A stretch of 64,000 nt of DNA from an uncultured Actinomycetes bacterium (GTDB taxonomy: Bacteria > Actinomycetota > Acidimicrobiia > Spongiisociales > DATADW01): the NCBI GenBank assembly GCA_963824995.1, contig CAWGRK010000001.1, positions 201,094-265,093 of the forward strand, in the 5' to 3' direction. Within the stretch, counting starts at the first letter, position 1. The number at the start of each line of letters is the position of its first letter. The notes beneath the pieces were generated by a model. That model was not told the origin of the DNA, did no database searches, and saw nothing but the letters and a program-made list of their open reading frames with translations. Of the stretch, positions 10,984-20,683 are shown one piece after another. The translations under genes were made by a program, and so were the position numbers.

Positions 10984-11888
10984 CACTCGTCGTCTCCGTC
11001 TGCGGCGACGACGCTCCGGAAGAGGTCGGCCAGCGACGGGCGGGCGCTGGAGAAGTACTTCACCCGCCCGGCGTCCCGTGCCGCCGCCAGCACGGTCTGA
11101 TCGTCCACATCTGGGCCGAGGCGCAGCAGCAGCGAACCGTTGGAGCGGCTCACGACTTCCACCTCCGGTATCGGGATCTCCCAACCGGGCGCCGCCCCTT
11201 CGACCTCCACCCTCAGGGTGCGATCGCTGCGCTCGGCCCGAACCTCATTGACCGGACCGCTAGCGACAACCCGACCCTTGTGGAGAATTACGACCGAGTC
11301 GCAAATTCTCTCCACCAACTCGAGCTGGTGGCTGGAGAACACCACCGGCACCCCGACATCGACACGTTCGCGCAACACCTCGGTGAGCACGTCCACACCG
11401 ACCGGGTCCAACCCGGAGAACGGCTCGTCGAGGATCATCACCTCGGGATCGTGGACCATGGCCGTGGCCAACTGCACCCTCTGCTGGTTGCCGAGAGACA
11501 GTGCCTCCACCCTGTCATCGGCACGCTCATCGATGCCGAGTCTGGCGAGCAGACGGCCGGCGGCTTCGAACGCCTCGTCCTTGCCCAACCCGTGGAGCCT
11601 GCCGAAATAGGCGACCTGGTTGGCCACGCGCATCTTGGGGTAGAGGCCGCGCTCCTCCGGCATGTAGCCAAACCGACGCCTGCTATCCCCATCCACCGGC
11701 CTGCCGTTCCACTCGACCTCGCCCCGATCGGGCTCGAGCAGCCCGAGAACGACCCGCATGCAGGTCGTCTTGCCCGCGCCGTTTGAGCCGACGAAGCCCA
11801 GCATCTCACCTGGATGCAGGGCAAAACTGACTCCGGCCGCAGCCACGATGTCGCCATACGACTTGGTTACGTCGCGCAGTTCGAGCAT
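10983..11888 (-). CDS. ABC exporter ATP-binding protein (with DUF4162-like C-terminus)
   Basis: GSNGAGKT, LSLGNQQRV, ILDEPFSGLD and SSH motifs. Confidence 0.92.
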   Translation of the reverse strand: MLELRDVTKSYGDIVAAAGVSFALHPGEMLGFVGSNGAGKTTCMRVVLGLLEPDRGEVEWNGRPVDGDSRRRFGYMPEERGLYPKMRVANQVAYFGRLHGLGKDEAFEAAGRLLARLGIDERADDRVEALSLGNQQRVQLATAMVHDPEVMILDEPFSGLDPVGVDVLTEVLRERVDVGVPVVFSSHQLELVERICDSVVILHKGRVVASGPVNEVRAERSDRTLRVEVEGAAPGWEIPIPEVEVVSRSNGSLLLRLGPDVDDQTVLAAARDAGRVKYFSSARPSLADLFRSVVAADGDDE

Positions 11889-11992
11889 CAGTCGGATCCC
11901 CTGGTCACGGCCCGACGGTACGACTTCGCGGCTTGAACCGAAAAGTCTCCCCACCCGTAAGATATTGGCGCGTACCAATCGACGAGGAGCAA

Positions 11993-12892
11993 GTGAGCAA
12001 ACCACGCGTCGCCGGGACCGGACTAATTGCTGCCATTGCCGTGGCGGGAGCATTGGCCACCGGTCTCGCCCTTGTCGCGGGGCAGATCATCGCTGGCGGC
12101 ACCGAGGGCACCGTTGTCAGCGCCGGCGAACCGGGCTCGGAGAGGTCGGCCGAAGACCAGACCTCGACGACGGCCGAGATCGAGAAGTCAGCCGCAGTAG
12201 CTGGCGGCACTGGCGCCGCCCCTATCCTCGCCGGGGCCTTACGAGCTGCTCCCACCACGACAGCGGGCGCGGTGGCAGACGAGTCGTCGACCACGACCAC
12301 GCTGGCCGGGGGCGCCACCACCACGACCAGCGCGGCACCGGATTCCACGACCACATCTGTACCCCCCGGTACGGCTGTCACAACGACGACCACACCGGCC
12401 GGCACCGGGTCGTCGACAACCACGACCACCACACCGTTCACAACGAGTACGACGGCGCCCCCGAGCACCGGTTCGACGACGACCACGACGACCACGCCGG
12501 AAACCACCACATCGAGCACGACGACGACGACCACCCCGGCAACCACGACAACCACCGAACCCCCCGTCCTCACCATGGCTGTGGCCTCGATCACCGGGGA
12601 GACCGATGGTGGCGGCGACGAGTGGGACGCCGAGGTCGAGGTTGTAATCGTCTCATCGGACGGCGAGCCGGTGAACCACGCCGATGTGGTCGGCTTCTGG
12701 TCGGTGGGACGGGAAGAGGTAGAGGACACCAACGGAAGCGGCAGGGCGGACTTCGACATCGAGATCGACGACGATGACGACGCCAGCGTCACCTTCACCG
12801 TGCTCTCGGTGTCGCACCCCGATCTGGTCTACGACCCTTCACGCAATGCGGCGTCCTCCATCGCCCTCGATGCACCGTATGACGACGACTGA
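11993..12892 (+). CDS. Membrane-anchored/secreted Thr/Ser-rich protein with acidic C-terminal beta domain
   Basis: GAGGAG RBS before GTG 11993; N-terminal hydrophobic helix; long poly-Thr linker. Confidence 0.7.
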   Translation: MSKPRVAGTGLIAAIAVAGALATGLALVAGQIIAGGTEGTVVSAGEPGSERSAEDQTSTTAEIEKSAAVAGGTGAAPILAGALRAAPTTTAGAVADESSTTTTLAGGATTTTSAAPDSTTTSVPPGTAVTTTTTPAGTGSSTTTTTTPFTTSTTAPPSTGSTTTTTTTPETTTSSTTTTTTPATTTTTEPPVLTMAVASITGETDGGGDEWDAEVEVVIVSSDGEPVNHADVVGFWSVGREEVEDTNGSGRADFDIEIDDDDDASVTFTVLSVSHPDLVYDPSRNAASSIALDAPYDDD

Positions 12893-12949
12893 CTCCGTTC
12901 CTGCGTGACTGAGCAACCGATTAGGTACTCCAGCCACGCCGGAACGGGG
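12893..12949. terminator. Long imperfect hairpin between convergent genes
   Basis: CTCCGTTCC-T-GCGTG-A-CTG pairs with CAG-C-CACGC-C-GGAACGGGG. Confidence 0.5.
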
Positions 12950-12962
12950 CAGCCGAAAGTGC

Positions 12963-13472
12963 CTAGTTGAGCCGCCAGATGGCCAGGTTGAGCGCCGAGG
13001 CGAAGCTCACCCAACCCACATAGGGGACCATCAGCCAACCGGGGAGCCGCCGCACCCGAAAGAAGCCGGCCGTGGTCGCAACCAGAGCCAGCCAGAGCAG
13101 CGCAATCACGATCAGACCTGCGACGGGACTCTCGAATGCGAAAAAGGCGACGTTCCATCCGACGTTGAGGACCAGTTGCAGCCACCACAGCGCCAAGGCC
13201 CCGCGGACGGGCGTCGCTTGACGGCGTTGCCAGACCAACCACGCAGCGACCGCCATCGCTGCGTAGAGCAGGGTCCACACCGGGGCGAAGACCTCGTCGG
13301 GCGGGGTCCACGACGGCTTCTGCAGCGTGCGGTACCAACCATCGATCGCCCGGGCGTTGACGATGGCGCCGACCGCGGCCGCCGAGAAGCTGGCCACGGC
13401 GTACCCGCCCAGAACCAGCCAGGATCGGGGATTGTCAGCTGTTTCGGGGCGCTCGATCTGTACGTGGGTCAT
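12963..13472 (-). CDS. tspO: TspO/MBR family tryptophan-rich sensory protein
   Basis: WYRTLQKPSWTPP..VFAPVWTLLY, LNVGWNVAFF and PYVGWVSFASALN motifs; GGAGG RBS. Confidence 0.92.
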   Translation of the reverse strand: MTHVQIERPETADNPRSWLVLGGYAVASFSAAAVGAIVNARAIDGWYRTLQKPSWTPPDEVFAPVWTLLYAAMAVAAWLVWQRRQATPVRGALALWWLQLVLNVGWNVAFFAFESPVAGLIVIALLWLALVATTAGFFRVRRLPGWLMVPYVGWVSFASALNLAIWRLN

Positions 13473-13528
13473 CGTGCCTCCATAGCTCTCACCCTGTGTA
13501 CGGTGCCCGACGACGAAAGGCTCAAAAG

Positions 13529-14083
13529 ATGGCTGTGACTTCGACGATGATCGCTCTCCGCACCCCCGCACCGGACTTCACCTTGCCCGACGTGGTTTCC
13601 GGAGGGATGGTTTCACTCTCCGACTGCACCGGTGACGGACTGCTGGTCATGTTCATCTGCAACCACTGCCCATATGTCCGCCACCTTCAGCAGGGCTTGG
13701 TCGAACTAGGCCGGGACTACGAGGACGGTCGCCTCGACGTGGTGGCCGTCGCCAGCAACGACCCCGTCATGTACCCCGACGACTCCCCCGAGAGGCTGGC
13801 CGAGACAGCACGACGGCTCGGGTACAGGTTCCCCGTCCTCTTCGACGAGACCCAGGATGTCGCCCGCGCCTATTCGGCGGTTTGCACGCCTGACTTCTTC
13901 CTGTTCGATGGCGACCACCTATTGGTGTACCGGGGTCAGTTCGACTCGAGCCGCCCCGGCAACGATCAACCGGTCACCGGCAGCGACCTCCGCTCGGCGA
14001 TCGACTCCCTGCTCGAGGGAAGGCCGATCGATACCGAGCAAAGGCCGTCTATGGGTTGCTCGATCAAGTGGCGGGACGGCTGA
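13529..14083 (+). CDS. Thioredoxin-like (AhpC/TSA, PRX-like1) protein
   Basis: APDFTLPD, FICNHCPYV, AVCTPDFF and SMGCSIKW motifs. Confidence 0.9.
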   Translation: MAVTSTMIALRTPAPDFTLPDVVSGGMVSLSDCTGDGLLVMFICNHCPYVRHLQQGLVELGRDYEDGRLDVVAVASNDPVMYPDDSPERLAETARRLGYRFPVLFDETQDVARAYSAVCTPDFFLFDGDHLLVYRGQFDSSRPGNDQPVTGSDLRSAIDSLLEGRPIDTEQRPSMGCSIKWRDG

Positions 14084-14086
14084 TCG

Positions 14087-14341
14087 TCAGGTGGTCCGAG
14101 CCCGGGCCATCCGCACGATGAGCAGCACGATTATCGCTCCGATGACCGACCCGATGATCCCAGCCGCGTCGATGTCGAATCGGGCGTCGAAGAGCAGGTT
14201 GCCAAGGAAACCACCTACCAACGAGCCACCGAGCCCGAGCAGCATGGTTCCCCAGAATCCCATCGAATCGTCCCCCGGCAACAACGCCCGGGCGATGAGT
14301 CCGGCCACCAATCCAACTATGAGCCAAATGATGATTCCCAT
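14087..14341 (-). CDS. GlsB/YeaQ/YmgE family stress-response membrane protein
   Basis: MGIIIWLIVGLVAGLIARALLPG...GSVIGAIIVL; GGAGGA RBS. Confidence 0.9.
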   Translation of the reverse strand: MGIIIWLIVGLVAGLIARALLPGDDSMGFWGTMLLGLGGSLVGGFLGNLLFDARFDIDAAGIIGSVIGAIIVLLIVRMARARTT

Positions 14342-14396
14342 GTCGTCCTCCAACTGATAGCCGCCAACGAGAGCGGCACTACCTGGCGAGGGTTGA

Positions 14397-14422
14397 GTAC
14401 CCGTTCAACTCCCCTGCCAAAC
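14397..14422 (-). promoter_or_regulatory. SigB/SigF-type promoter of the GlsB/YeaQ gene
   Basis: GTTT-N16-GGGTAC on the minus strand. Confidence 0.75.
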
Positions 14423-14451
14423 GGAAGCATCCGCCTGTAGGTTCGCCCGAG

Positions 14452-16074
14452 ATGCCCAACATGACCGACTACGACACGGTCCGTGCAGGGTTTCGTATCG
14501 AGGTTCCCGAGCGCTTCAACTACACGATCGACGTCGTCGACAAGCGCGCCGTCGAGACGCCATCGCATCCAGCGCTGGTCGCGCTCGCACCCGACGGGGT
14601 GACCGCCGAGCGGTACGACTGTGCCGCAGTTTCGGCGCTGGCCAACAGGGCGGCGAACTTCCTCGAAGCGATCGGGGTTCGTCGGGGCGACCGGGTGCTG
14701 GTCCAATTGCCGAGAATCCCCGAGTGGTACTGGGTGTTATTGGGCTGCTTCAAGCTCGGTGCGGTACCCCTGCCCGGGACCACGATGCTCACCGAGGGTG
14801 ACATCGAGTACCGCGTAAACCAAGCGGAGGCGACAACGGCGGTCGTTGATCCCGAAGGGGCCGACAAGGTCGACCGTGTGCTCTCCCGATGCCCGTCGCT
14901 CCGCTCGCTCGTCGTTGTCGGGCCGTCAAAGGGCGGATGGATCTCGTTCTCGGACGGGATGGAAGAGGCATCGGATGACGTCATCGCCCGTGGTCAGACG
15001 AGCGCCGACGACCCGCTGCTCATCTACTTCACGTCGGGGACCGTCGCCTACCCCAAGATGGTGCTGCATACCCACGCCTCGTATGGGATAGGACACGAGA
15101 TCACTGCACGTTTCTGGCACGACCTCGGTCCCGACGATCTCCACTGGACGGTGTCCGACACAGGATGGGCCAAGGCGGCGTGGGGCAAGCTTTTCGGGCA
15201 ATGGCGGGTCGGGGCCGCCGTGCTGCTCTGGGACATCAAGGGCAAGCCCGACCTGGATCGGATGTTGCGGATCATCGGCGAGCAGGGAGTCACCGGGTTC
15301 TGCGCCCCGCCGACCCTGTACCGCGGATTCGTCCAGATGGACCTCGATGCATACGACTGGTCCGCCCTCCGCCACTGCACCTCTGCGGGAGAGCCACTCA
15401 ATCCTGAGGTGATCGCCATATGGAAGAAGGCGACCGGGCTGACGATCTATGACGGGTACGGGCAGACCGAGACGGTCAACATCGTGGCCAACTATCCGGC
15501 GCTGCCGGTCAAGCCGGGTTCGATGGGACGCCCCGCGCCGGGGTTCGACGTGGGCATCGTTGACGACGACGGAAACGAACTGCCGCGTGGAGAGGAGGGC
15601 AACATCGGGGTCCGGGTGGAGCCGGACCGGCCGGTAGGGCTGTTCAAGGAGTACTGGAGGGACCCCGAGCAGACCGCCCGGGTCTTCCGCAATGGCTGGT
15701 ACCTCACCGGCGACCGGGGCACTGCCGACGACGACGGGTACATCTGGTTCGTCGGTCGCACGGATGATGTGATCATCTCGGCGGCGTACCGCATCGGGCC
15801 CTTCGAAGTCGAGTCGGCTCTGATCGAGCACCCCGCCGTGATGGAGGCGGCCGTGGTCGGCAAGCCCGACGCCGAAAGGGGTCAGATCGTCAAGGCATTC
15901 CTGATCCTCGCCCCCGGTTGGGAGGCGAGCGACGACCTTGCCGAAGAGATCAAGGCTCATTGCCGCCGGGTGACGGCCCCCTACAAGTACCCGAGGGAGA
16001 TCGAGTTCGTCGCCGAATTGCCAAAGACCATCTCGGGCAAGATCAGGCGGGTCGAGCTTCGAGAGCGAGCTTGA
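14452..16074 (+). CDS. Medium-chain acyl-CoA synthetase (ACSM-like AMP-binding)
   Basis: YFTSGTVAYPK, DTGWAK, YGQTET, GRTDDVI and LPKTISGKIRR motifs. Confidence 0.92.
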   Translation: MPNMTDYDTVRAGFRIEVPERFNYTIDVVDKRAVETPSHPALVALAPDGVTAERYDCAAVSALANRAANFLEAIGVRRGDRVLVQLPRIPEWYWVLLGCFKLGAVPLPGTTMLTEGDIEYRVNQAEATTAVVDPEGADKVDRVLSRCPSLRSLVVVGPSKGGWISFSDGMEEASDDVIARGQTSADDPLLIYFTSGTVAYPKMVLHTHASYGIGHEITARFWHDLGPDDLHWTVSDTGWAKAAWGKLFGQWRVGAAVLLWDIKGKPDLDRMLRIIGEQGVTGFCAPPTLYRGFVQMDLDAYDWSALRHCTSAGEPLNPEVIAIWKKATGLTIYDGYGQTETVNIVANYPALPVKPGSMGRPAPGFDVGIVDDDGNELPRGEEGNIGVRVEPDRPVGLFKEYWRDPEQTARVFRNGWYLTGDRGTADDDGYIWFVGRTDDVIISAAYRIGPFEVESALIEHPAVMEAAVVGKPDAERGQIVKAFLILAPGWEASDDLAEEIKAHCRRVTAPYKYPREIEFVAELPKTISGKIRRVELRERA

Positions 16075-16136
16075 TCGCAGATTTCTCACCCGTCCCGCTG
16101 TGGAACCATGGGACGACCAAGCAGAGGAGATCGTCC

Positions 16137-16693
16137 ATGACCACCGAACCCAGGTATCTAGTTCCAGGGATGACAACCGAGGAGTCGGTCAAGACACTCG
16201 AGGTGCTCAAGGACCGCATGATCGCTCTGGTCGATCTCGCGTTGACGCTCAAGCACATCCACTGGAACGTGGTGGGACCGCACTTCGTGGCGGTGCACGA
16301 GATGCTCGATCCCCAGCACGCCGCGGTCCAGGAGATGGTGGACAAGGTGGCGGAGCGGATCGCCACTCTCGGGGGCGAGCCGCGGGGAACCCCGGAGTAC
16401 ATAGCAAGCAACAGGGGATGGGACGACTACGAACTGGGTAGGGCCGCTACCAGCGAGCACCTCGCAGCGCTGAATCTCGTCTACGACGGCGTGATCACCA
16501 GCCACCGGGAGGCGCAGAGACGCTGTCCGAGCAGGACCCCGTCTCCGAAGACCTGATCATCGAACATCTCCGCAAACTCGAGCTTTTTCAGTGGTTCGTC
16601 CGGGCCCACCTGGAAAACTCCTCGGGCGAGTTGATATCCGCCGGCGTCGAAACCTTGGTGGAGGCGGCTGACAAGGCCGCGGTATTGGGCTAA
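16137..16693 (+). CDS. dps: DNA starvation/stationary phase protection protein Dps; frameshift near 16518
   Basis: LKHIHWNVVGPHFVAVHEMLD and AERIATLGG motifs; the C-terminus (DPVSEDLIIEHLRKLELFQWFVRAHLE...) continues in a shifted frame to TAA 16693. Confidence 0.9.
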
Positions 16694-17782
16694 CGCTCCA
16701 AGGAGTTGCGCAGAGCGTCGAGCGACCTGTCCAGCAGCCGGGAGACGTGCATCTGTGAGATACCGACCTGAGCGGCGATCTCAGACTGGGTGAAACCGCG
16801 AAAGAACCGGAAATAGAGGATGCGGCGCTCCCTCTCGGGTCAGCGCGGACAGTGCCGGAGCCACCTCCTGCCAGCGCTCTGCCAGCGCCAGATCCGCGTC
16901 CTCGCCGCCGAGTTGATCCAACAGGCTGGGACGTTCTTCATCACCTCCGGCGGGCGCGTCGAGAGACACCGCCCCAAAGGCGTCGCCCGCCTGGAGTGCC
17001 TCGATCACATCCTCCTCGGTCATGTCGGTGGCTGCGGCGAGGTCCGACACTGTGGGCGTGCGGCCGAGCCTCTGTCCCACCTCGCTGCTGGCCCGGCTCA
17101 CCTCGAGCGAGGCCTCCTTCAACCCACGAGGAACGCGGACAGACCACACCCGGTCTCGCAGGTGCCGCTTCAACTCCCCGAGGATCGTCGCCGAGGCGAA
17201 GGTGGAAAAGGTGGCGCCGTGCTCGGTGTCGAAGCGCTCCATCGCCTTTATCAAGCCGATCGACGCCACCTGCTCCAGGTCCTCGATCGATTCACCGCGT
17301 CCGGCGAACCGGCGGGCGAGATGGCGGGCGATCCCCGCATAGCGACCGAAGAGAGCATCCCGCGCCGCTCGGTCGGGAAGGGCGCCAAACAGCTCCGCTT
17401 CCTCCCAGTCAGAGACCGGTGTGAGGGGACCGGCGTCGATCTCGAACCAGACCCTCCCGCCGGGTGGTCCCTCGATCCCCCAACGATCGGAGAGCAACTC
17501 GACCAAGCGGAGACCCCATCCGGTTGCCGATTCGGCCACATCGGGATCGATCCCGGGCCCCAGGTCCGAAACTTCGACCCGCACCCTGCCGGGGCGGCTG
17601 ATCACGGCCACTTCGATATCGGCCGGCCCCGACTGACGGCCGTGGATCACGCTATTGCTCACCAGTTCGGAAACGAGCAGCAGCACGTCGGTACGGCGGG
17701 CGGCGGGAAAACCAGTGATGTGTTGCGACACAGCGGCCCTCGCCTGGCCGGGGACCGCCACCGAGGATTCGAATGAAACCAC
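16690..17782 (-). CDS. SigB/SigF/SigG-family sigma factor with N-terminal HATPase_c (anti-sigma-like) domain; frameshift near 16838
   Basis: N-terminal SELVSNSVIHG / VSDLGPG / GWGLRLV..LSDRWG / VWFEI. Sigma region 2 (EDLEQVASIGLIKAMERFD, ILGELKRHLRD). Region 4 (RERRILYFRFF..TQSEIA..VGISQMHVSRLL) lies in the shifted frame ending at TAG 16690. Start codon uncertain. Confidence 0.88.
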
Positions 17783-17789
17783 TATCGGA

Positions 17790-18155
17790 TCAGCCGACAG
17801 GGTCCCGCCTTCCCGCAGCGGCCAGCACGGTGAGAGCCACCTCGCCGTTTGCCGAGTCCACCTCGCACCCATCCACCAGCGCCTTGGCGATGTCCACCGG
17901 ATCGAACAGCTGGTCGGGGCGAAGCGGGGCGGTTGGAAGACGCACCACCAACCCGTCGCCGTCGAGTTCCGCAGTCACCTCGATGACCTCGGATCCTGAC
18001 TCCACCGCCGCCGTCGCCAGTTCGGATATGGCGAGCTTCAGGTCGGCCACACCCTCGTCGTCACAGCCTGCATGACGCGCCACACCGCCGACCAGCAGAC
18101 GGAGCGTCCCCACGTATCGGGGGATGCCGGGGACCGAAATGCGAATTGGCCCCAT
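17790..18155 (-). CDS. RsbW-like anti-sigma factor (degenerate HATPase)
   Basis: ISVPGIPRYVGTLRL..G.A...G..DEGVADLKLAISE pattern; N-box Asn and G boxes missing. Confidence 0.75.
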   Translation of the reverse strand: MGPIRISVPGIPRYVGTLRLLVGGVARHAGCDDEGVADLKLAISELATAAVESGSEVIEVTAELDGDGLVVRLPTAPLRPDQLFDPVDIAKALVDGCEVDSANGEVALTVLAAAGRRDPVG

Positions 18156-18168
18156 CTTTCGAACCCTC

Positions 18169-18504
18169 TCAGTCGGCAAGTGCCTCTTCGACAGTGTCGA
18201 ACACGGGAAAAGCCCCGTCGAGGCCTGTGATCTCGAGCAGCCTGGTGACCGGACCATCCTGGGCGACGAGCAACAACTCGCCATCCTCAGAGAGCCTCTG
18301 GCGGGTACCGATCACGAGACGAAGCCCGGTGGAGTCAATGAAACTCACCCCGCTCAGGTCGATGATCAGTCTCGAGCGATGCTTCAAGCACTGTTCGATC
18401 TGCTCCTCGAATGCGTCGACGGTGGAGATGTCCACCTCGCCCTGGAGGCACAGTATCGACCAGGTGCTGTCAAAGCGGGCTTGTATGTCGAGAGTGGCGG
18501 CCAT
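18169..18504 (-). CDS. STAS-domain anti-anti-sigma factor (RsbV-like)
   Basis: GEVDIST, IDLSGVSFIDSTGL and LLEITGLD motifs. Confidence 0.92.
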   Translation of the reverse strand: MAATLDIQARFDSTWSILCLQGEVDISTVDAFEEQIEQCLKHRSRLIIDLSGVSFIDSTGLRLVIGTRQRLSEDGELLLVAQDGPVTRLLEITGLDGAFPVFDTVEEALAD

Positions 18505-18546
18505 AGACGGATCCCACACTTGGGGGCGTAATCGTAGTATTGGTAG

Positions 18547-18933
18547 GTGAGCGAAAAGCCGTCCGAAGTGCGGGTCGAAATGCCCGCTCATCCGTCGATG
18601 GTGCACCTGCTCCGCACCACGGCCGTTTCACTGGCCCCGCCCACGACCGATGTCGATCGTCTCTCCGATCTGGCGCTGGCGGTGAGCGAGGCCGCGGTCG
18701 AACTGCTGAAACTCCGGGGTGCCGACCAGGTTGAGATGCGGGTATACGATCGATCCGACTCGCTGCATGCGGCGCTCACGGTGTCGGCCGAGGTGCCTGC
18801 GGGATGGGTGCAGGAATGGGAGAGCTCGATCTCGGCCTTGGTCCTGAACTCGGTGGTCGAGGATGTACGGGTGGACACGACAGGCGATCAGGCCCGGGTC
18901 GAGTTCGTCTTTCGGACCGCCCCGGTTCAGTGA
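18547..18933 (+). CDS. RsbW-like anti-sigma factor (degenerate HATPase)
   Basis: VEMPAHPSMVHLLR and LSDLALAVSEA pattern; no N-box Asn or G boxes. Confidence 0.7.
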   Translation: MSEKPSEVRVEMPAHPSMVHLLRTTAVSLAPPTTDVDRLSDLALAVSEAAVELLKLRGADQVEMRVYDRSDSLHAALTVSAEVPAGWVQEWESSISALVLNSVVEDVRVDTTGDQARVEFVFRTAPVQ

Positions 18934-19394
18934 TCGATCTCGAACCAGACGACCATGCCCTCGGACTGGGTGATCCCCCACCGGTCGGCGATGGTGTCGA
19001 CGATGGCCAGCCCGCGGCCGGCGGCGACGTCTGGTGCCGGAAGACCCGCCGGCGCCACGAACAGAGGCCCCGGATAGGAAACCTCCAGCCGGACACTGTG
19101 GGCGTTTGACTCGATTACTACGACCAGCTGGCTGTCCTCGGGGGCACCGCCGTGTCGCACGGCGTTGGTGACCAGTTCGCTAGCCCCCAGCAACAGGTCG
19201 GAGAGCCGCTGGTGACCCACCAGAACCTCTCGGACAAAGGCCCTCACTTCGGCGGGCGCCGCCAAGGTCGGAAGAATGACCAACCGCGTCGGGGTGACCC
19301 GCTCTCCGTTGGAGCCGCTAACGCGAACAGTCGGCGATGGCGCAGCATCCGGGGGTCCCCTAGTGGGCCCCTCCCTCATGTTCTGGTCTCTCAT
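18927..19394 (-). CDS. HATPase_c_2 ATP-binding protein (anti-sigma/switch kinase-like)
   Basis: SELVTNAVRHG, GRGLAIVDTIADRWG and VWFEI motifs; G1 box reads VSYPGP. Start uncertain. Confidence 0.85.
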   Translation of the reverse strand: MRDQNMREGPTRGPPDAAPSPTVRVSGSNGERVTPTRLVILPTLAAPAEVRAFVREVLVGHQRLSDLLLGASELVTNAVRHGGAPEDSQLVVVIESNAHSVRLEVSYPGPLFVAPAGLPAPDVAAGRGLAIVDTIADRWGITQSEGMVVWFEIDH

Positions 19395-19462
19395 GACCGG
19401 TCTCGTACCCCGCTTACCACAGATTCACACACAACCTCGAGGGCCGCGTGGATATTTGATTG

Positions 19463-19488
19463 GTTCCGTATCGGTTGGTTGTGGGTAA
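19463..19488 (+). promoter_or_regulatory. SigB/SigF-type promoter of the PP2C gene (near-leaderless)
   Basis: GTTC-N16-GGGTAA, 9 nt before ATG 19498. Confidence 0.6.
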
Positions 19489-19497
19489 GAGCCGGCG

Positions 19498-20643
19498 ATG
19501 ACGAACAGAGGGACTTCGAGCGGAGACCCGTCGCCCGCGGTGATCGAGTTGCTGGTCGCCCTCGATGGTGCCCCCTCGTATCAAATCCTCGACCAAACCC
19601 GCCGCGTCCTCAAACGTCATCACAAGCTGGGGGGGCTATCGGTTTACCTCCAGGACCACGGAGGACAAACCCTCCGCCAACTTGAGGGAACAGAGGAGAT
19701 TCCCATCGAGTACACGGCTGCCGGCGCGGCGGCCGAGGGAACCGAAACGGTCACCGAGGGTGACACGATGTGGGTCCCATTGGCGCACAGGGCAGAGCCA
19801 CTCGGGGTTCTCGAGTTGACCGAACCCGACCCTCAGTTGCAACAAGCGGCGCGTGCCATCGGGATCGCCCTCGGCTCCGCCTTGGTCAGCAGCACGCGCC
19901 AGAGCGACATGGTCGAAAGAACGAGAGGCGGAGGAAGGCTGCAACTTGCCGCCACCCTGCAACGGGCCATCCTCCCGAGTCCGGAGTATGTTGACAAGCG
20001 CCTCGAACTGTCCGGTTTGATCGAGCCCGCATTCGACATCGCCGGAGACTCCTTCGACTACGCCGTGGACCACACCGTCCAGGTGGGCATTTTCGATGCG
20101 GTCGGCCACGGGTTGCGGGCAGCCATTCTCTCGGCGCTGGCCACCGCCGCCTACCGATATTCCCGGAGACGGGAAGAGTCCCCCGAGCAGGCCTACAAGC
20201 TCATCGACGAGGCCGTCGCCATCGAGGGATTCTCCCACGAGTTCGTCACCGGCCTGCTATGCGTGATCGACACCGACCGGATGGAGGCAACCGTGGTGAA
20301 CGCCGGCCACATGCCGCCGCTCCTCTGGCGGAAGGGGAGTGTGAACTCCTTAGACCACGTCAAGCCGACGCTGCCCCTGGGGCTCGGCGGCACGCCATCC
20401 GAGGTGGCGATCGAACTCGAACCAGGCGACGTCCTGCTCCTCTACACCGATGGCATCGTCGATGCCACCCCCCTCCAAGGGAGCGCATGGGGTCTGGAGC
20501 GACTCATCGGACGGCTCACCAGCCACCCCGAGGCGGGCACGCTGAGCCGTTTCTGCCGGAGCCTGCTCGAAGAGCTCAAGGCGTACGTCGGGGCGGAACT
20601 TCGCGACGACGCCACGCTGTTGGCGGTACGCCTCGCCGGCTAA
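19498..20643 (+). CDS. PP2C/SpoIIE family Ser/Thr phosphatase (RsbU-like)
   Basis: LQRAILP, AGDSFDY, FDAVGHG, NAGHMPP, LYTDG and DDAT motifs. Confidence 0.92.
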   Translation: MTNRGTSSGDPSPAVIELLVALDGAPSYQILDQTRRVLKRHHKLGGLSVYLQDHGGQTLRQLEGTEEIPIEYTAAGAAAEGTETVTEGDTMWVPLAHRAEPLGVLELTEPDPQLQQAARAIGIALGSALVSSTRQSDMVERTRGGGRLQLAATLQRAILPSPEYVDKRLELSGLIEPAFDIAGDSFDYAVDHTVQVGIFDAVGHGLRAAILSALATAAYRYSRRREESPEQAYKLIDEAVAIEGFSHEFVTGLLCVIDTDRMEATVVNAGHMPPLLWRKGSVNSLDHVKPTLPLGLGGTPSEVAIELEPGDVLLLYTDGIVDATPLQGSAWGLERLIGRLTSHPEAGTLSRFCRSLLEELKAYVGAELRDDATLLAVRLAG

Positions 20644-20683
20644 AAGGGACGGAGTCGCGTCCACTGGTATACCCTCCGGTTTG

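Noticed and set aside
12250..12560. ACC/ACG-rich repeats as a possible CRISPR or tandem array
   Set aside because: They encode a poly-Thr linker; there is no constant repeat-spacer structure.
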